A stretch of 64,000 bases of DNA from an uncultured bacterium (GCA_963705705.1 CAVPKK010000004.1:96668-160667), one strand, 5' to 3'. Counted from the stretch's first letter, positions 43,522 to 52,812 are shown. The notes: a model not told the origin generated them from the sequence alone. Numbers and translations are program-made.

Positions 43522-45963
43522 ATGCGTAAGTTTTTAATTATTATTGGGCTCATGTTAGCATCTTCTTCGGTGCATGCATCAGTTGCTACTGCAACCAATC
43601 TCATTAATGCTGGCAATCTTCCCGGCGCCTTAGATGAAATAGGTCGGCTGCCGCGCACCCAATGGTCGCAAAAAAAACAGTTACTCTTCAACACTATTAA
43701 CCACTGGAATCCTGCTCAACAACCAGAACTTGCAAAAACGATAAACAACGTCGCGCGTGCCAACCTAACCGCCGGTCATGCGCAAGAAGTATATCAACGC
43801 GTAGCCAAAGCAGTTAAAGCCCAAGGGCAGGCCGCAGTTGAGCAACGGCAGCCGCAAACCCCATCGCAACCTGTCGCGCCGCCTCCAAGCCCTATCATTA
43901 ATGAAATATTGGAAGATCCAAACATACCGCAAGATGTGCGCAAGCAAATTAATCAAATGCCGGCAGATCAGCGCGTTCAATTAGAGAATGCTCTCAATAG
44001 TTTTGCAAATGAAAATCAATGGACAAACTCTCCGGTAGTTCGCGGGCTTCTTGCTGGCGTTGGCGTTCTTGGTCTGCGCTGGCTTTGGAATTGGTTTCAA
44101 AATTGGCGAGTCGGTGCAGCAGCTCCACCAGGAGGTATATCATCTGGCCCCCTCCCAGTACCGCCTCTTAAACCTCAGGCAGATGCCGCAGCCTTAAAAC
44201 AGGCATTAGATGACCTAGCAAATGAAAGGGCCGCACATGCTGTCTGCCAACAACAATTAAGAGAGTTTCAGGCAATTCCCGGTGGTCCGCAATTGCCTAC
44301 TGCTACAGATATGAAGCGCTGCCAAGATGAATTAACGGCGGCACAACTCGCCCGAAAAAATTGCGAAGAAAAGTTGCAAATGCAAATAGATCAATATGAA
44401 AAGGAGCACAAAGGTCGCCTTGAGGCTATCGCTGAGGCTGATAAATTCCGTAGAGACATAGTTGGTATGCGCGGCAAAATGGGCGATATGGAAAAGGAAC
44501 TTACAAAGTTACGGGCGGAATCTATAACGATACCTGCCCTAAAACCTATGCCAGTTCCTGCACCATCACCAAAATCTTCGAGGCCCACGGAACTAGAACC
44601 TGCACCAACGCCATTGTTCCATTATCCTAGCCAATGGGTCACGTGGTTCAGCCTTCAATTTAATCGCTTCAATAAAGCAGTAGCCGCGGGTACGTTAAAT
44701 GACCTGAGAGAAGCTATATCAGAGTTACATGTTATCGAACATAACACACAGGATGTGCCTTCGATGATACAAATCATTGAGAATAATCCTACACTGCGTA
44801 CGTTCTTGGTAAACCAAGGTTTTTATCCAGCCAAAAATTTATATGAACGGAAAGAAGATCTTGCCGCGCGTACGCTTGCAAAGCTTAATGAGCTCATCAA
44901 AAAAACATCCCGCTCTCAGGATGATTTTGAGAAAGATATTAATACAGTCATCGCAAGTGAACAACCGATTACTTCGCAAATGCAGAAACTCTATCAAGAT
45001 GATTATAAAGAGGCGCAAGAAGGAATCGCAATCATATCCGGCTTCTTGGATGATATAGAGAAGTATTTATCTCCCACATCACCAGCAAATAGTAAGCTTT
45101 TGGATGAACTTAAAACCAAGCTTTCGGAGTTGCGCGCCCAATTAAAGAAAAATAATGGTTTGTTGAACCGTTTAGGCAAGCGAACCTCAGAGGCTGGAAA
45201 TGGGAAAACTGTTCGACCGCCTCAAAAAGAGATAAAAGAACGGGAAGAAAAAGAGGGAGCTGAGGCATTACCTCCTGGGCTCCAGCGCGCCTTGGCCAAG
45301 AAAGAAAAGAAAAATGAAGAAATGATACTTCCACTTGGGCCAAGTGCCTTTGCACATTTTGTAGCGGAACGCAAAGATCGAATTGTAAAAGGGTACCCGC
45401 ATCTAATAGAAAGATATAAGGCAGCCATCGCAAAACAGCCACAGTCAATGGAAAATTTGGTTGAGGCCAGTAAGCACCTCATGTATATACAACGCACAAT
45501 GAGTTATCCTGAGATTATTGCGGAACTAGATAAACAACCAGATGTTAAAAAACTTCTCACCCAAGAAGGTTTCTATCCCCTGAATGTACTTCAAACAAAA
45601 ACGAAACAACTAGTAACTCGAATAGTCGAAATGGCGAATTCCCAGGCTGATGCGATTAGAAAAGAACAAGACGTCCTTAGAAGAGCGCTCGATAAAATAG
45701 TTGCTAGCACCGAACCGATCACACAAAATGAAATTTTTGAATACACAGCAATGGATGCAAAAGTGCGTAAGGCCGTTACCAGATTGCAAAATGCTATTGA
45801 TAAGTTTAAACCTTGGGTTCCAACAGAATTATCACCGTTTTCTGACACAGGACTAACAATGATTCCTGGCGGCACGGAACTCATCGCTAAGCTAAAAGGG
45901 CTTCAAGCATCATTGAAGAAAAATGAAACAGCCTTAGATCAATTAAAGAAACGTGAAGAGTAA
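43522..45963 (+). CDS. Secreted protein: module A, hydrophobic/Trp segment, coiled coil, YP module x2
   Basis: Signal peptide; paralogous N-terminus; GLLAGVGVLGLRWLWNWF; two GFYP domains. Confidence 0.8.
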   Translation: MRKFLIIIGLMLASSSVHASVATATNLINAGNLPGALDEIGRLPRTQWSQKKQLLFNTINHWNPAQQPELAKTINNVARANLTAGHAQEVYQRVAKAVKAQGQAAVEQRQPQTPSQPVAPPPSPIINEILEDPNIPQDVRKQINQMPADQRVQLENALNSFANENQWTNSPVVRGLLAGVGVLGLRWLWNWFQNWRVGAAAPPGGISSGPLPVPPLKPQADAAALKQALDDLANERAAHAVCQQQLREFQAIPGGPQLPTATDMKRCQDELTAAQLARKNCEEKLQMQIDQYEKEHKGRLEAIAEADKFRRDIVGMRGKMGDMEKELTKLRAESITIPALKPMPVPAPSPKSSRPTELEPAPTPLFHYPSQWVTWFSLQFNRFNKAVAAGTLNDLREAISELHVIEHNTQDVPSMIQIIENNPTLRTFLVNQGFYPAKNLYERKEDLAARTLAKLNELIKKTSRSQDDFEKDINTVIASEQPITSQMQKLYQDDYKEAQEGIAIISGFLDDIEKYLSPTSPANSKLLDELKTKLSELRAQLKKNNGLLNRLGKRTSEAGNGKTVRPPQKEIKEREEKEGAEALPPGLQRALAKKEKKNEEMILPLGPSAFAHFVAERKDRIVKGYPHLIERYKAAIAKQPQSMENLVEASKHLMYIQRTMSYPEIIAELDKQPDVKKLLTQEGFYPLNVLQTKTKQLVTRIVEMANSQADAIRKEQDVLRRALDKIVASTEPITQNEIFEYTAMDAKVRKAVTRLQNAIDKFKPWVPTELSPFSDTGLTMIPGGTELIAKLKGLQASLKKNETALDQLKKREE

Positions 45964-45975
45964 AATCATTCGCAC

Positions 45976-46018
45976 AAAAAAGCGGGCCCAAGTTTTTATA
46001 CTCAGACCCGCATTTTTT
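45976..46018. terminator. Bidirectional terminator between convergent genes
   Basis: AAAAAAGCGGG...CCCGCATTTTTT. Confidence 0.6.
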
Positions 46019-46070
46019 AGCATATAGCCACAACCTATTAAGCGATGGCATATACGAAATCAATTACCGC

Positions 46071-49000
46071 TTATGGAATCGCCGATACGTTATGCGCGAA
46101 GGTTATTACCGGTGGATTTGCATACGTATAGGTACCGGTTGAAACTTGAATATTTAATGTCGCGAGCGGATTACCTCCATTAACTTTAACATTATAATTC
46201 TGATTCGGTCCGGTGAAAGCCGAAGCAAGCCCATTATTATATGCGTGGTTGCTTTCAAAGAATGATTGGGTAGGAACAGTAGAATCGGTAAACCCTTCAA
46301 AGCTGTTGTTGTCAGCCCGACAGTTTCTCACAACACACCTAGAACCTCCGTCAAGAAAAAAGCCGCGGTAGTTTTGTTCGGCTATACAAGAATCATAAAC
46401 ATTACCGAAGTTGTTAAAAACTGTGAAAAAGCCGCTGCTAAAATCGGGTGATCCTGTATTCGAAGCCGCGACGCAATTGGTATACACTGAGACACTTCCT
46501 CCGTTGGCACTTCCAAAACCGATAGCAAACCCTTGTCCTACTCCGGTATTACTGCTCCAATCTGAAGGACTTATATCTGGTTGATTCCCCATATTTGGTG
46601 TGATAAGACTAATGTAACTGACGCCCTGATAACCGACAATCATACCAGTGCTATAGCTTGCACTGTTATTCCATGTTGGATAGACATTGGTTTGAACCCA
46701 CTTGCCATTTGATGCATTTGGATAAATTCCCACGTTACCATTGATCGTACTGACATACTCATTCGTGTGACCAGTTGAATCGGTAAATGATACAAGCGAT
46801 CCAATTCCGTATGTAGTTGCAACATTCCATGTACCTGGAGGGGTAGGATTAATTGTATTAATGGGACTCCAGAAAGCAGTTGCCGTTCCTGGTACAGGAG
46901 AATGATTCAGATTACCATTCTGTAAACTTACGAAATTGTTAACCACACCACTGACTGTAAGTGATGCAAATGCACCAACATTGTAGGTTGTGGCACTATT
47001 CCATGCAGGATACACGCTTGCCAATGACGTTTTATTGAAGGTCGATTTGCAACTTTCAGCGATCAGTGAGTCAACAAAAGCATCAATATAATATCCTATG
47101 ATGCTTCCACCATTATTATTCTGCATTTTTGAAACTAAGCAATTTTCAAGCACGGCATCAGTCCCTTGAATGCCGCTGAGAAATCCTTCAGTAATAACAC
47201 CCAGTCCTCCGGCTGCTGGTCCTCCATAATACAAATTGGTAGATTGGCAATTTTGGATTGACAAGCCGAATGGACCACCCAAAAAATATCCCGTCAAGCC
47301 ACCTTGATTAAGCGATGGCGCAGGAAGTACTAAATCAGGACGAGATTGAAGATCATTTGCCGTACAATTAATGAGGGTAATACTTTTTGCCGGTTTGTAC
47401 GGTTCGTTCTCGCTGGCGCCGCTTATATGGAAGGCATTTATGTCGCCAAGATTAAAAAGCCCATCAAAGCTGCAGCTTTCCAATGTGGTAGCTTCCATAC
47501 CGCCAGCAACCCATCCTACTACAGTACCACCCACAAATGTATTACTCGCACTATTAAATTGACAATTTAAACAGGTTACATTCCTGCTTCTCGTATCGGC
47601 TATGCCGCCAGCCACAAAAGGAAGGGTTGTTCCCCGAAGAATGGTGGTGTAATCGCCCAGTAGAGAACTGTTGTTGAATGTACTATTGGAAATCACGACA
47701 TTTTCATTGTCTGGGTCGGTATTCCCGTTGTCGCCGAACCCGGTCACCTGCAGATCTACGAACATTGTTCCAAACGTAATTACTGCACCGTATTGAGGAT
47801 AATTGTTGCTTCCCGGATCATCAGACCATGAATCATTAAAATGTGAATTATCGATCGTCAGGTTAGTTATGCAAGTTTCAAATGCACCAAACATAAAATT
47901 ATGGAGCGATCGTAGATTTGAAAGTCTCACATTCTTTGTGCGGTTCACCACATTTAACTGATTAGTTGGAACATCAGTAAAGAATTGCGGCCCGCGTCCG
48001 AATCCTGTGCCTTCTCCGATGTTGATCCCTGCCACACCAAACGACGGACCAAATAAACCAAATGCCGGGATTGGGAAAGTATTATCTGAAGATTTAGCTG
48101 TTGTATCATGCGGCAAATAGAATAGTCCATCGGTAGTAGGACGACCAAATGCTCGTGATGCCAATGCACCACAATTTTTAATAGTGAGATCACGTACTTC
48201 GATATCTGCTACGTGTGCAAATACATCAATGCCATACATACTAAAATTAGAAATAACACCATCGCCACCTACAATATAATTAGATGATTGGCCAACAAGC
48301 TTTGTAGTAAGTGGATTGGTTACTACTACATTCGGCTGCGTAGGTTCTGTTGCATTAGGTAATGGATCTGGCACTAAAACACCAACTACAAATGGCGTTT
48401 GTTCTGATGGATTTTCTGGTACGAACTGGCTCAACTCATAACCATTAAAATTAAGCAGCACATGAGATGTTGTGATGGTAATGGCAGCCTGAACGGTATC
48501 TTGGTAACCTGAACCGCCATTGGTCATTTGTACACCTGCTATGTTGTCAGTGGTAAAATCATCTATAGCAAACCCGGCGGCTCCAACGCCAGTACCACCA
48601 AAAACTACTGTTGGGGTGGCAAAATACCCTGAACCATGATGGGTCATAAATACGCCGCGCACTACACCGCCAGAAACTGCTGCGAACCCTCTGGCCGGAT
48701 CAGAACTCCCACCTACAAATGTCACTGGCACAAAAGTAGCTGGGTCAGTTGGCGCAAATACAATGTCTTCCGCCAAGCAATAAACACCTGGTGTATCAAT
48801 TACGTAACCGGTAGTCCCTACATCGGCTTGTGTAATTGATATTGGCGCACCGCAATTAACGAGAGAAGCTTCAATGGCTTCAAGCGTTGAGAAAGTTCCA
48901 TTAAAATCAGTGATAAGCTCTGACTGGATATTGCACAAGATTTCCTTAGTGCACATTGTATTGCAAGATTCACGCGCTTCCAATGACGCGGCGGCAAAAA

Positions 49001-49082
49001 GTATTAAACTAATTGCTTTGACTTTAGTTAGAAGTGACCGAGTGACCGAGTGACCGAGTGACCGTTGGACGTGTACGTTCAT
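46071..49082 (-). CDS. Secreted beta-helix protein, paralog 3, with three CBM5/12-like (chitin-binding) repeats
   Basis: CTKEILC, ITQADVGTTGYVIDTPGVYCLAEDI shared with paralogs 1 and 2; WNSATTYNVG, WNVATTYGIG, WNNSASYSTG repeats each ending in W; AAGGAG SD. Confidence 0.8.
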   Translation of the reverse strand: MNVHVQRSLGHSVTRSLLTKVKAISLILFAAASLEARESCNTMCTKEILCNIQSELITDFNGTFSTLEAIEASLVNCGAPISITQADVGTTGYVIDTPGVYCLAEDIVFAPTDPATFVPVTFVGGSSDPARGFAAVSGGVVRGVFMTHHGSGYFATPTVVFGGTGVGAAGFAIDDFTTDNIAGVQMTNGGSGYQDTVQAAITITTSHVLLNFNGYELSQFVPENPSEQTPFVVGVLVPDPLPNATEPTQPNVVVTNPLTTKLVGQSSNYIVGGDGVISNFSMYGIDVFAHVADIEVRDLTIKNCGALASRAFGRPTTDGLFYLPHDTTAKSSDNTFPIPAFGLFGPSFGVAGINIGEGTGFGRGPQFFTDVPTNQLNVVNRTKNVRLSNLRSLHNFMFGAFETCITNLTIDNSHFNDSWSDDPGSNNYPQYGAVITFGTMFVDLQVTGFGDNGNTDPDNENVVISNSTFNNSSLLGDYTTILRGTTLPFVAGGIADTRSRNVTCLNCQFNSASNTFVGGTVVGWVAGGMEATTLESCSFDGLFNLGDINAFHISGASENEPYKPAKSITLINCTANDLQSRPDLVLPAPSLNQGGLTGYFLGGPFGLSIQNCQSTNLYYGGPAAGGLGVITEGFLSGIQGTDAVLENCLVSKMQNNNGGSIIGYYIDAFVDSLIAESCKSTFNKTSLASVYPAWNSATTYNVGAFASLTVSGVVNNFVSLQNGNLNHSPVPGTATAFWSPINTINPTPPGTWNVATTYGIGSLVSFTDSTGHTNEYVSTINGNVGIYPNASNGKWVQTNVYPTWNNSASYSTGMIVGYQGVSYISLITPNMGNQPDISPSDWSSNTGVGQGFAIGFGSANGGSVSVYTNCVAASNTGSPDFSSGFFTVFNNFGNVYDSCIAEQNYRGFFLDGGSRCVVRNCRADNNSFEGFTDSTVPTQSFFESNHAYNNGLASAFTGPNQNYNVKVNGGNPLATLNIQVSTGTYTYANPPVITFAHNVSAIP
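49033..49064. repeat. (AGTGACCG)4 octamer tandem repeat inside the 5' coding end
   Basis: Four exact copies counted directly. Confidence 0.95.
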
Positions 49083-49256
49083 AACACGCTCTCCTTATTT
49101 ATAGATAGGGGTTGAACAACTAATTGAGTACTAACATTTTCCAAAATAAATTACAAGCAAACACAAACCACTACCGTCAAATAAGCAATCCTATATACTG
49201 CTATGTCAGAATTTGCATAATTAACATAGCAACTGCTGCTTATGAAGGAAACTGAC

Positions 49257-50894
49257 ATGTTCAATAACCTGCGCATACGCTATGCGGCAATATTTTTTCT
49301 ATTGCTCTCACAAGCACATTTAGATGCTGACTCAAGCATCACTTCCAAAACATTTTTTTCTAATTCCCCTGTGTACTCCACTGGCCGACCAGAACATCTG
49401 AGCTTTTACCGCAATCGGATGCTGGCTAGGCTTGATAGCTATGAAGCGTCCTTCCAGGCAGTTCTATTCGGCGGGGAATCAACCAATAAAGATGGATTAG
49501 GTACCTACTTTTTGCCGCATCAGCCAATTAAAAGAAAATATTTCATGGGACCAATTCGCAAATATAGACCTTGCGACGATGAACGCGAAAATTATCTGAT
49601 CGTAGCCGAAGGTCCCAACACAGTTCCAGATCCTCATTCAACACCACCAGATTCCTTTGTTGGCGGATCACCGGCTTTCAAGAATGATGCTTATGATTTG
49701 CTCGCCCGCAGCTTCAATATCGAAACAGTCGAACACAACTTCCAAAGTAATATTGCTCTGCAGCCGAAACAATCATTTGTTGGCTTCGCGCTCAACTACA
49801 CCCAAAATTTATCGAAAAGAACGGATAGGGGGTTTTGGTTTGACCTCACCATGCCAATCGTTAGCGTAAAAAATTCGGTACATTTGGAAGAAACGGTAAC
49901 TCACGCCAGCACATCCCTGCCAGGAAAAGCACACTCCGTCGCTGAAGCATTCATGAATCCTGCATGGCACTATGGAAAGATTTCTCCCTGTGGGCGTGAA
50001 AAAAGCGGTATCGCAGATATTGAAATGCGCGTTGGTTACGACTTCCTACGCACTGCGCCCTGTAGCTTCGGGGCATTCTATGGTGCAATTTTTGCTACTG
50101 GCAATCGCCCGCACGGCGAATTTGTATTTGAACCAATCATTGGCCGCAATCGCCATTGGGGTATGATTTGGGGCGGCAGCGGAAGCTTTAGAGTTTGGGA
50201 AAATATTGAAGGCGATTCTCATATCTATTTTAATATTGATATGAACAATAACTATTTATTTCATGGGCGCGAAACTCGTTCATTTGATCTGCTCAATAAG
50301 CCCTGGAGCAGATATATGCCACTCTTTAAAGATTCTTCTGCAACCAAAACAATTCCCGGAATCAATGTGCTTACGCAAGATATGATGATTTCTCCTGGAA
50401 GCACGTATCAACTCAACAGCGCACTTACCTTTGATTGCTGCGATCACTTCGCATTTGAAGCTGGCTGGTATCTATATGCACGCGATGCAGAACAAGGTCG
50501 TTTATATTGCCGCTGGGAAGAAGGCCCGGGTATCGCAGGAGCGGCAGGCGCTGATCCTGCAAATGGCAAACCAATAGCAGATAGTATGAGCAATGCAGAT
50601 ATGCATACCTGGAATTATGGATTGATAAGCCCTGATGCAAAGTTGTCTTCCTTACATGTAAATACCGGCGAAAACACATTGATCTTTAAAAAAATCAAAG
50701 AGCACGATCTTAATCTACAATCTGCTCTACACCCAGCAGTTATAAGCAATATGGTCTATGGATCGTTCTGCTATCAAGATTTGGATGAAAAATATCCATG
50801 GTTTACCGCCGTAGGCGCTGGCTACCAGTTTGGTTCAAATAATGCCACGATGCACCGTTGGTCGGTGTGGGCAAAAGCATCTTTATCAGTTTAG
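49257..50894 (+). CDS. Predicted outer-membrane beta-barrel protein, family member 4
   Basis: KTFFS...YSTGRPEH, AFMNPAWHYGKISPCGR, ends WSVWAKASLSV; carries an extra ~20-aa insert. Confidence 0.7.
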   Translation: MFNNLRIRYAAIFFLLLSQAHLDADSSITSKTFFSNSPVYSTGRPEHLSFYRNRMLARLDSYEASFQAVLFGGESTNKDGLGTYFLPHQPIKRKYFMGPIRKYRPCDDERENYLIVAEGPNTVPDPHSTPPDSFVGGSPAFKNDAYDLLARSFNIETVEHNFQSNIALQPKQSFVGFALNYTQNLSKRTDRGFWFDLTMPIVSVKNSVHLEETVTHASTSLPGKAHSVAEAFMNPAWHYGKISPCGREKSGIADIEMRVGYDFLRTAPCSFGAFYGAIFATGNRPHGEFVFEPIIGRNRHWGMIWGGSGSFRVWENIEGDSHIYFNIDMNNNYLFHGRETRSFDLLNKPWSRYMPLFKDSSATKTIPGINVLTQDMMISPGSTYQLNSALTFDCCDHFAFEAGWYLYARDAEQGRLYCRWEEGPGIAGAAGADPANGKPIADSMSNADMHTWNYGLISPDAKLSSLHVNTGENTLIFKKIKEHDLNLQSALHPAVISNMVYGSFCYQDLDEKYPWFTAVGAGYQFGSNNATMHRWSVWAKASLSV

Positions 50895-50904
50895 GAGGAT
50901 GCCC

Positions 50905-52779
50905 ATGAAAAATTTAGCTTTCATCATTCTCGGCATAATGGCTGTAAATCAGCCAATTTATGCATTGGAACGATTATTTTCATTAGATGAAATCAAGCAA
51001 TTAATTTCGCAAGGTGATTACGACACCGCCATGAATGCCATTCGCGCATTGCCGCAGCAGCAGGTCAATGATCGTCACCAACTTTTGCATACCGTACTTG
51101 AGGCCTGGAAAACAGATGACACAGTTTCAGCGCATGCAAAAAATATTAAGAAAGCTGCAGATTCATTAGTCGGTGGTCACCGAAATGTTATTTATCAAAA
51201 AGTTAATAACAGATTGGCAACGGGATCTAAGCCAGTTGATACGGTTACCGTGCCAGTGCAGCCAGAAGCTAGTACCGAGCAGCCAATCATTGTGCAACCC
51301 ATCATAGATACAAAGCCCGAATATACTGAACCAATTACCGTATCTGAAAATATTGTGCCACCACAAGAAATAACTTCCCCCGACAGTATTGTTGCAATCC
51401 CTGTATTGCCCGTTAACGAAGAACCAATTGCATCTCCAACTGTTCCAGCGCAACAAGCAGTATATGAGCCAATCCAGCAACCAGATCAAAATCAGCTGGT
51501 CAATGATATTTTAATCCAACCTATTATTGAAATTCCTCATCCAAAACAGAAAAAATCAAGGCCTGGATTTATGAGTCGCATGTTCCCGTATGCTGCAGGC
51601 GCCGCAATCCTCATCGCAGCAACGGCTCACAAATTATTTGGTACAGATGAAAAAACTAAAAAAGATAATGCGCCAATAGTGCCGCCAGCGCCGCCGCTTG
51701 GTGAATACCCAGCAGCACTTCCCGCCCACGATATTCAAAGATTACATGAAGACATCAGAAACTTTGCTGCAAATCGAAGACCACTTCCTCCTCCACCACC
51801 ACCTTTCAATGGGCAGCAATCGGTGCCTCCAGCGCTAGGTCTGGCTGTAATTGCAGTAGCTTCAAGTTCTGCAAGTAGTGAATCAGCGGTAGACGAAAAC
51901 CTATCGCCAAAACCTCTGCCAATAGATGTTTCAGAAGAAAACAAAAGAGCTTCAAGACCTAATAGAGGTCCTCAAGGATTTGATAATGAAGAATTGGATT
52001 CACTCTTCACTCCTAGGCCGAATAAAAAGATGCCTGATGATCCTGAGTCGCAAGCGGGAAAAATTGAACGACTTTTACGCGAGCAAACTTCATTTGAACA
52101 AACGATAACGAACTTATTAGAAAAACAAGGCAATATTACACGGGTAAAGCATATAAAGCTCAAACGTAAAAATGATGTTCTCGTTCAGGAAGTCGCGAAG
52201 TTAAAAGCATCGTTGGACAGCCTTGGTGTCGAAGTTCCGGAAGAAATCGAAGACATGCAAGAAACGGCTAGGAAGCTTCAATCAAAAGTAAATAAACATG
52301 AAAAATTACTTGGCGAGTTAGAAGCATTGGTTGGTGGAACCTTGACTATGCAAATAGCAAAGCGTCCTGATCTTGCTGAATTGGCTCCCTTGGCACAACA
52401 ATTGCAATTCCCATCATCGGCACTACCTGTTCGACAAGAAGGCATAGCAGCGGAAGAAAAAAAAGAAGAGGAAAAAGAAGAATCGAGGGAAATTTTGCAG
52501 TTTGATGATCATGAGGTAGATGCATGCATAGAACAATATAGAGCTGCAATTAATGATCTACAAACAATTATCGAAAGCAGAAACAGTTCAAAGTATAGGC
52601 AAGCTTTAAATCACTTGGAGCAAATTGAAAGAGAGCTTATCTCAGATAGTCCAGTAATACGCCACAATGATAAATTACGGACATTTTTGACCGAGGCAGG
52701 TTACTATCCTATTGAATCGTTCAACAAGAAAATGCAAGATCTGGGAGAATTTGTATTAAATCCTCAACCTAAAGAATAA
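50905..52779 (+). CDS. Secreted mosaic protein (module A, Pro-rich linkers, coiled coil, YP module)
   Basis: GGAGG SD 10 bp after the barrel stop; signal peptide MKNLAFII; polyproline PLPPPPPP; GYYP. Confidence 0.8.
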   Translation: MKNLAFIILGIMAVNQPIYALERLFSLDEIKQLISQGDYDTAMNAIRALPQQQVNDRHQLLHTVLEAWKTDDTVSAHAKNIKKAADSLVGGHRNVIYQKVNNRLATGSKPVDTVTVPVQPEASTEQPIIVQPIIDTKPEYTEPITVSENIVPPQEITSPDSIVAIPVLPVNEEPIASPTVPAQQAVYEPIQQPDQNQLVNDILIQPIIEIPHPKQKKSRPGFMSRMFPYAAGAAILIAATAHKLFGTDEKTKKDNAPIVPPAPPLGEYPAALPAHDIQRLHEDIRNFAANRRPLPPPPPPFNGQQSVPPALGLAVIAVASSSASSESAVDENLSPKPLPIDVSEENKRASRPNRGPQGFDNEELDSLFTPRPNKKMPDDPESQAGKIERLLREQTSFEQTITNLLEKQGNITRVKHIKLKRKNDVLVQEVAKLKASLDSLGVEVPEEIEDMQETARKLQSKVNKHEKLLGELEALVGGTLTMQIAKRPDLAELAPLAQQLQFPSSALPVRQEGIAAEEKKEEEKEESREILQFDDHEVDACIEQYRAAINDLQTIIESRNSSKYRQALNHLEQIERELISDSPVIRHNDKLRTFLTEAGYYPIESFNKKMQDLGEFVLNPQPKE

Positions 52780-52812
52780 ATTATTCATCAATGACATATT
52801 GATTTACAAGAT

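Noticed and set aside
33323..50894. Barrel paralogs as diversity-generating retroelement targets
   Set aside because: No reverse transcriptase and no template/variable repeat pair with adenine-specific differences were seen.
50830..50904. Longer start overlapping barrel 4
   Set aside because: The GGAGG SD and signal peptide support 50905.
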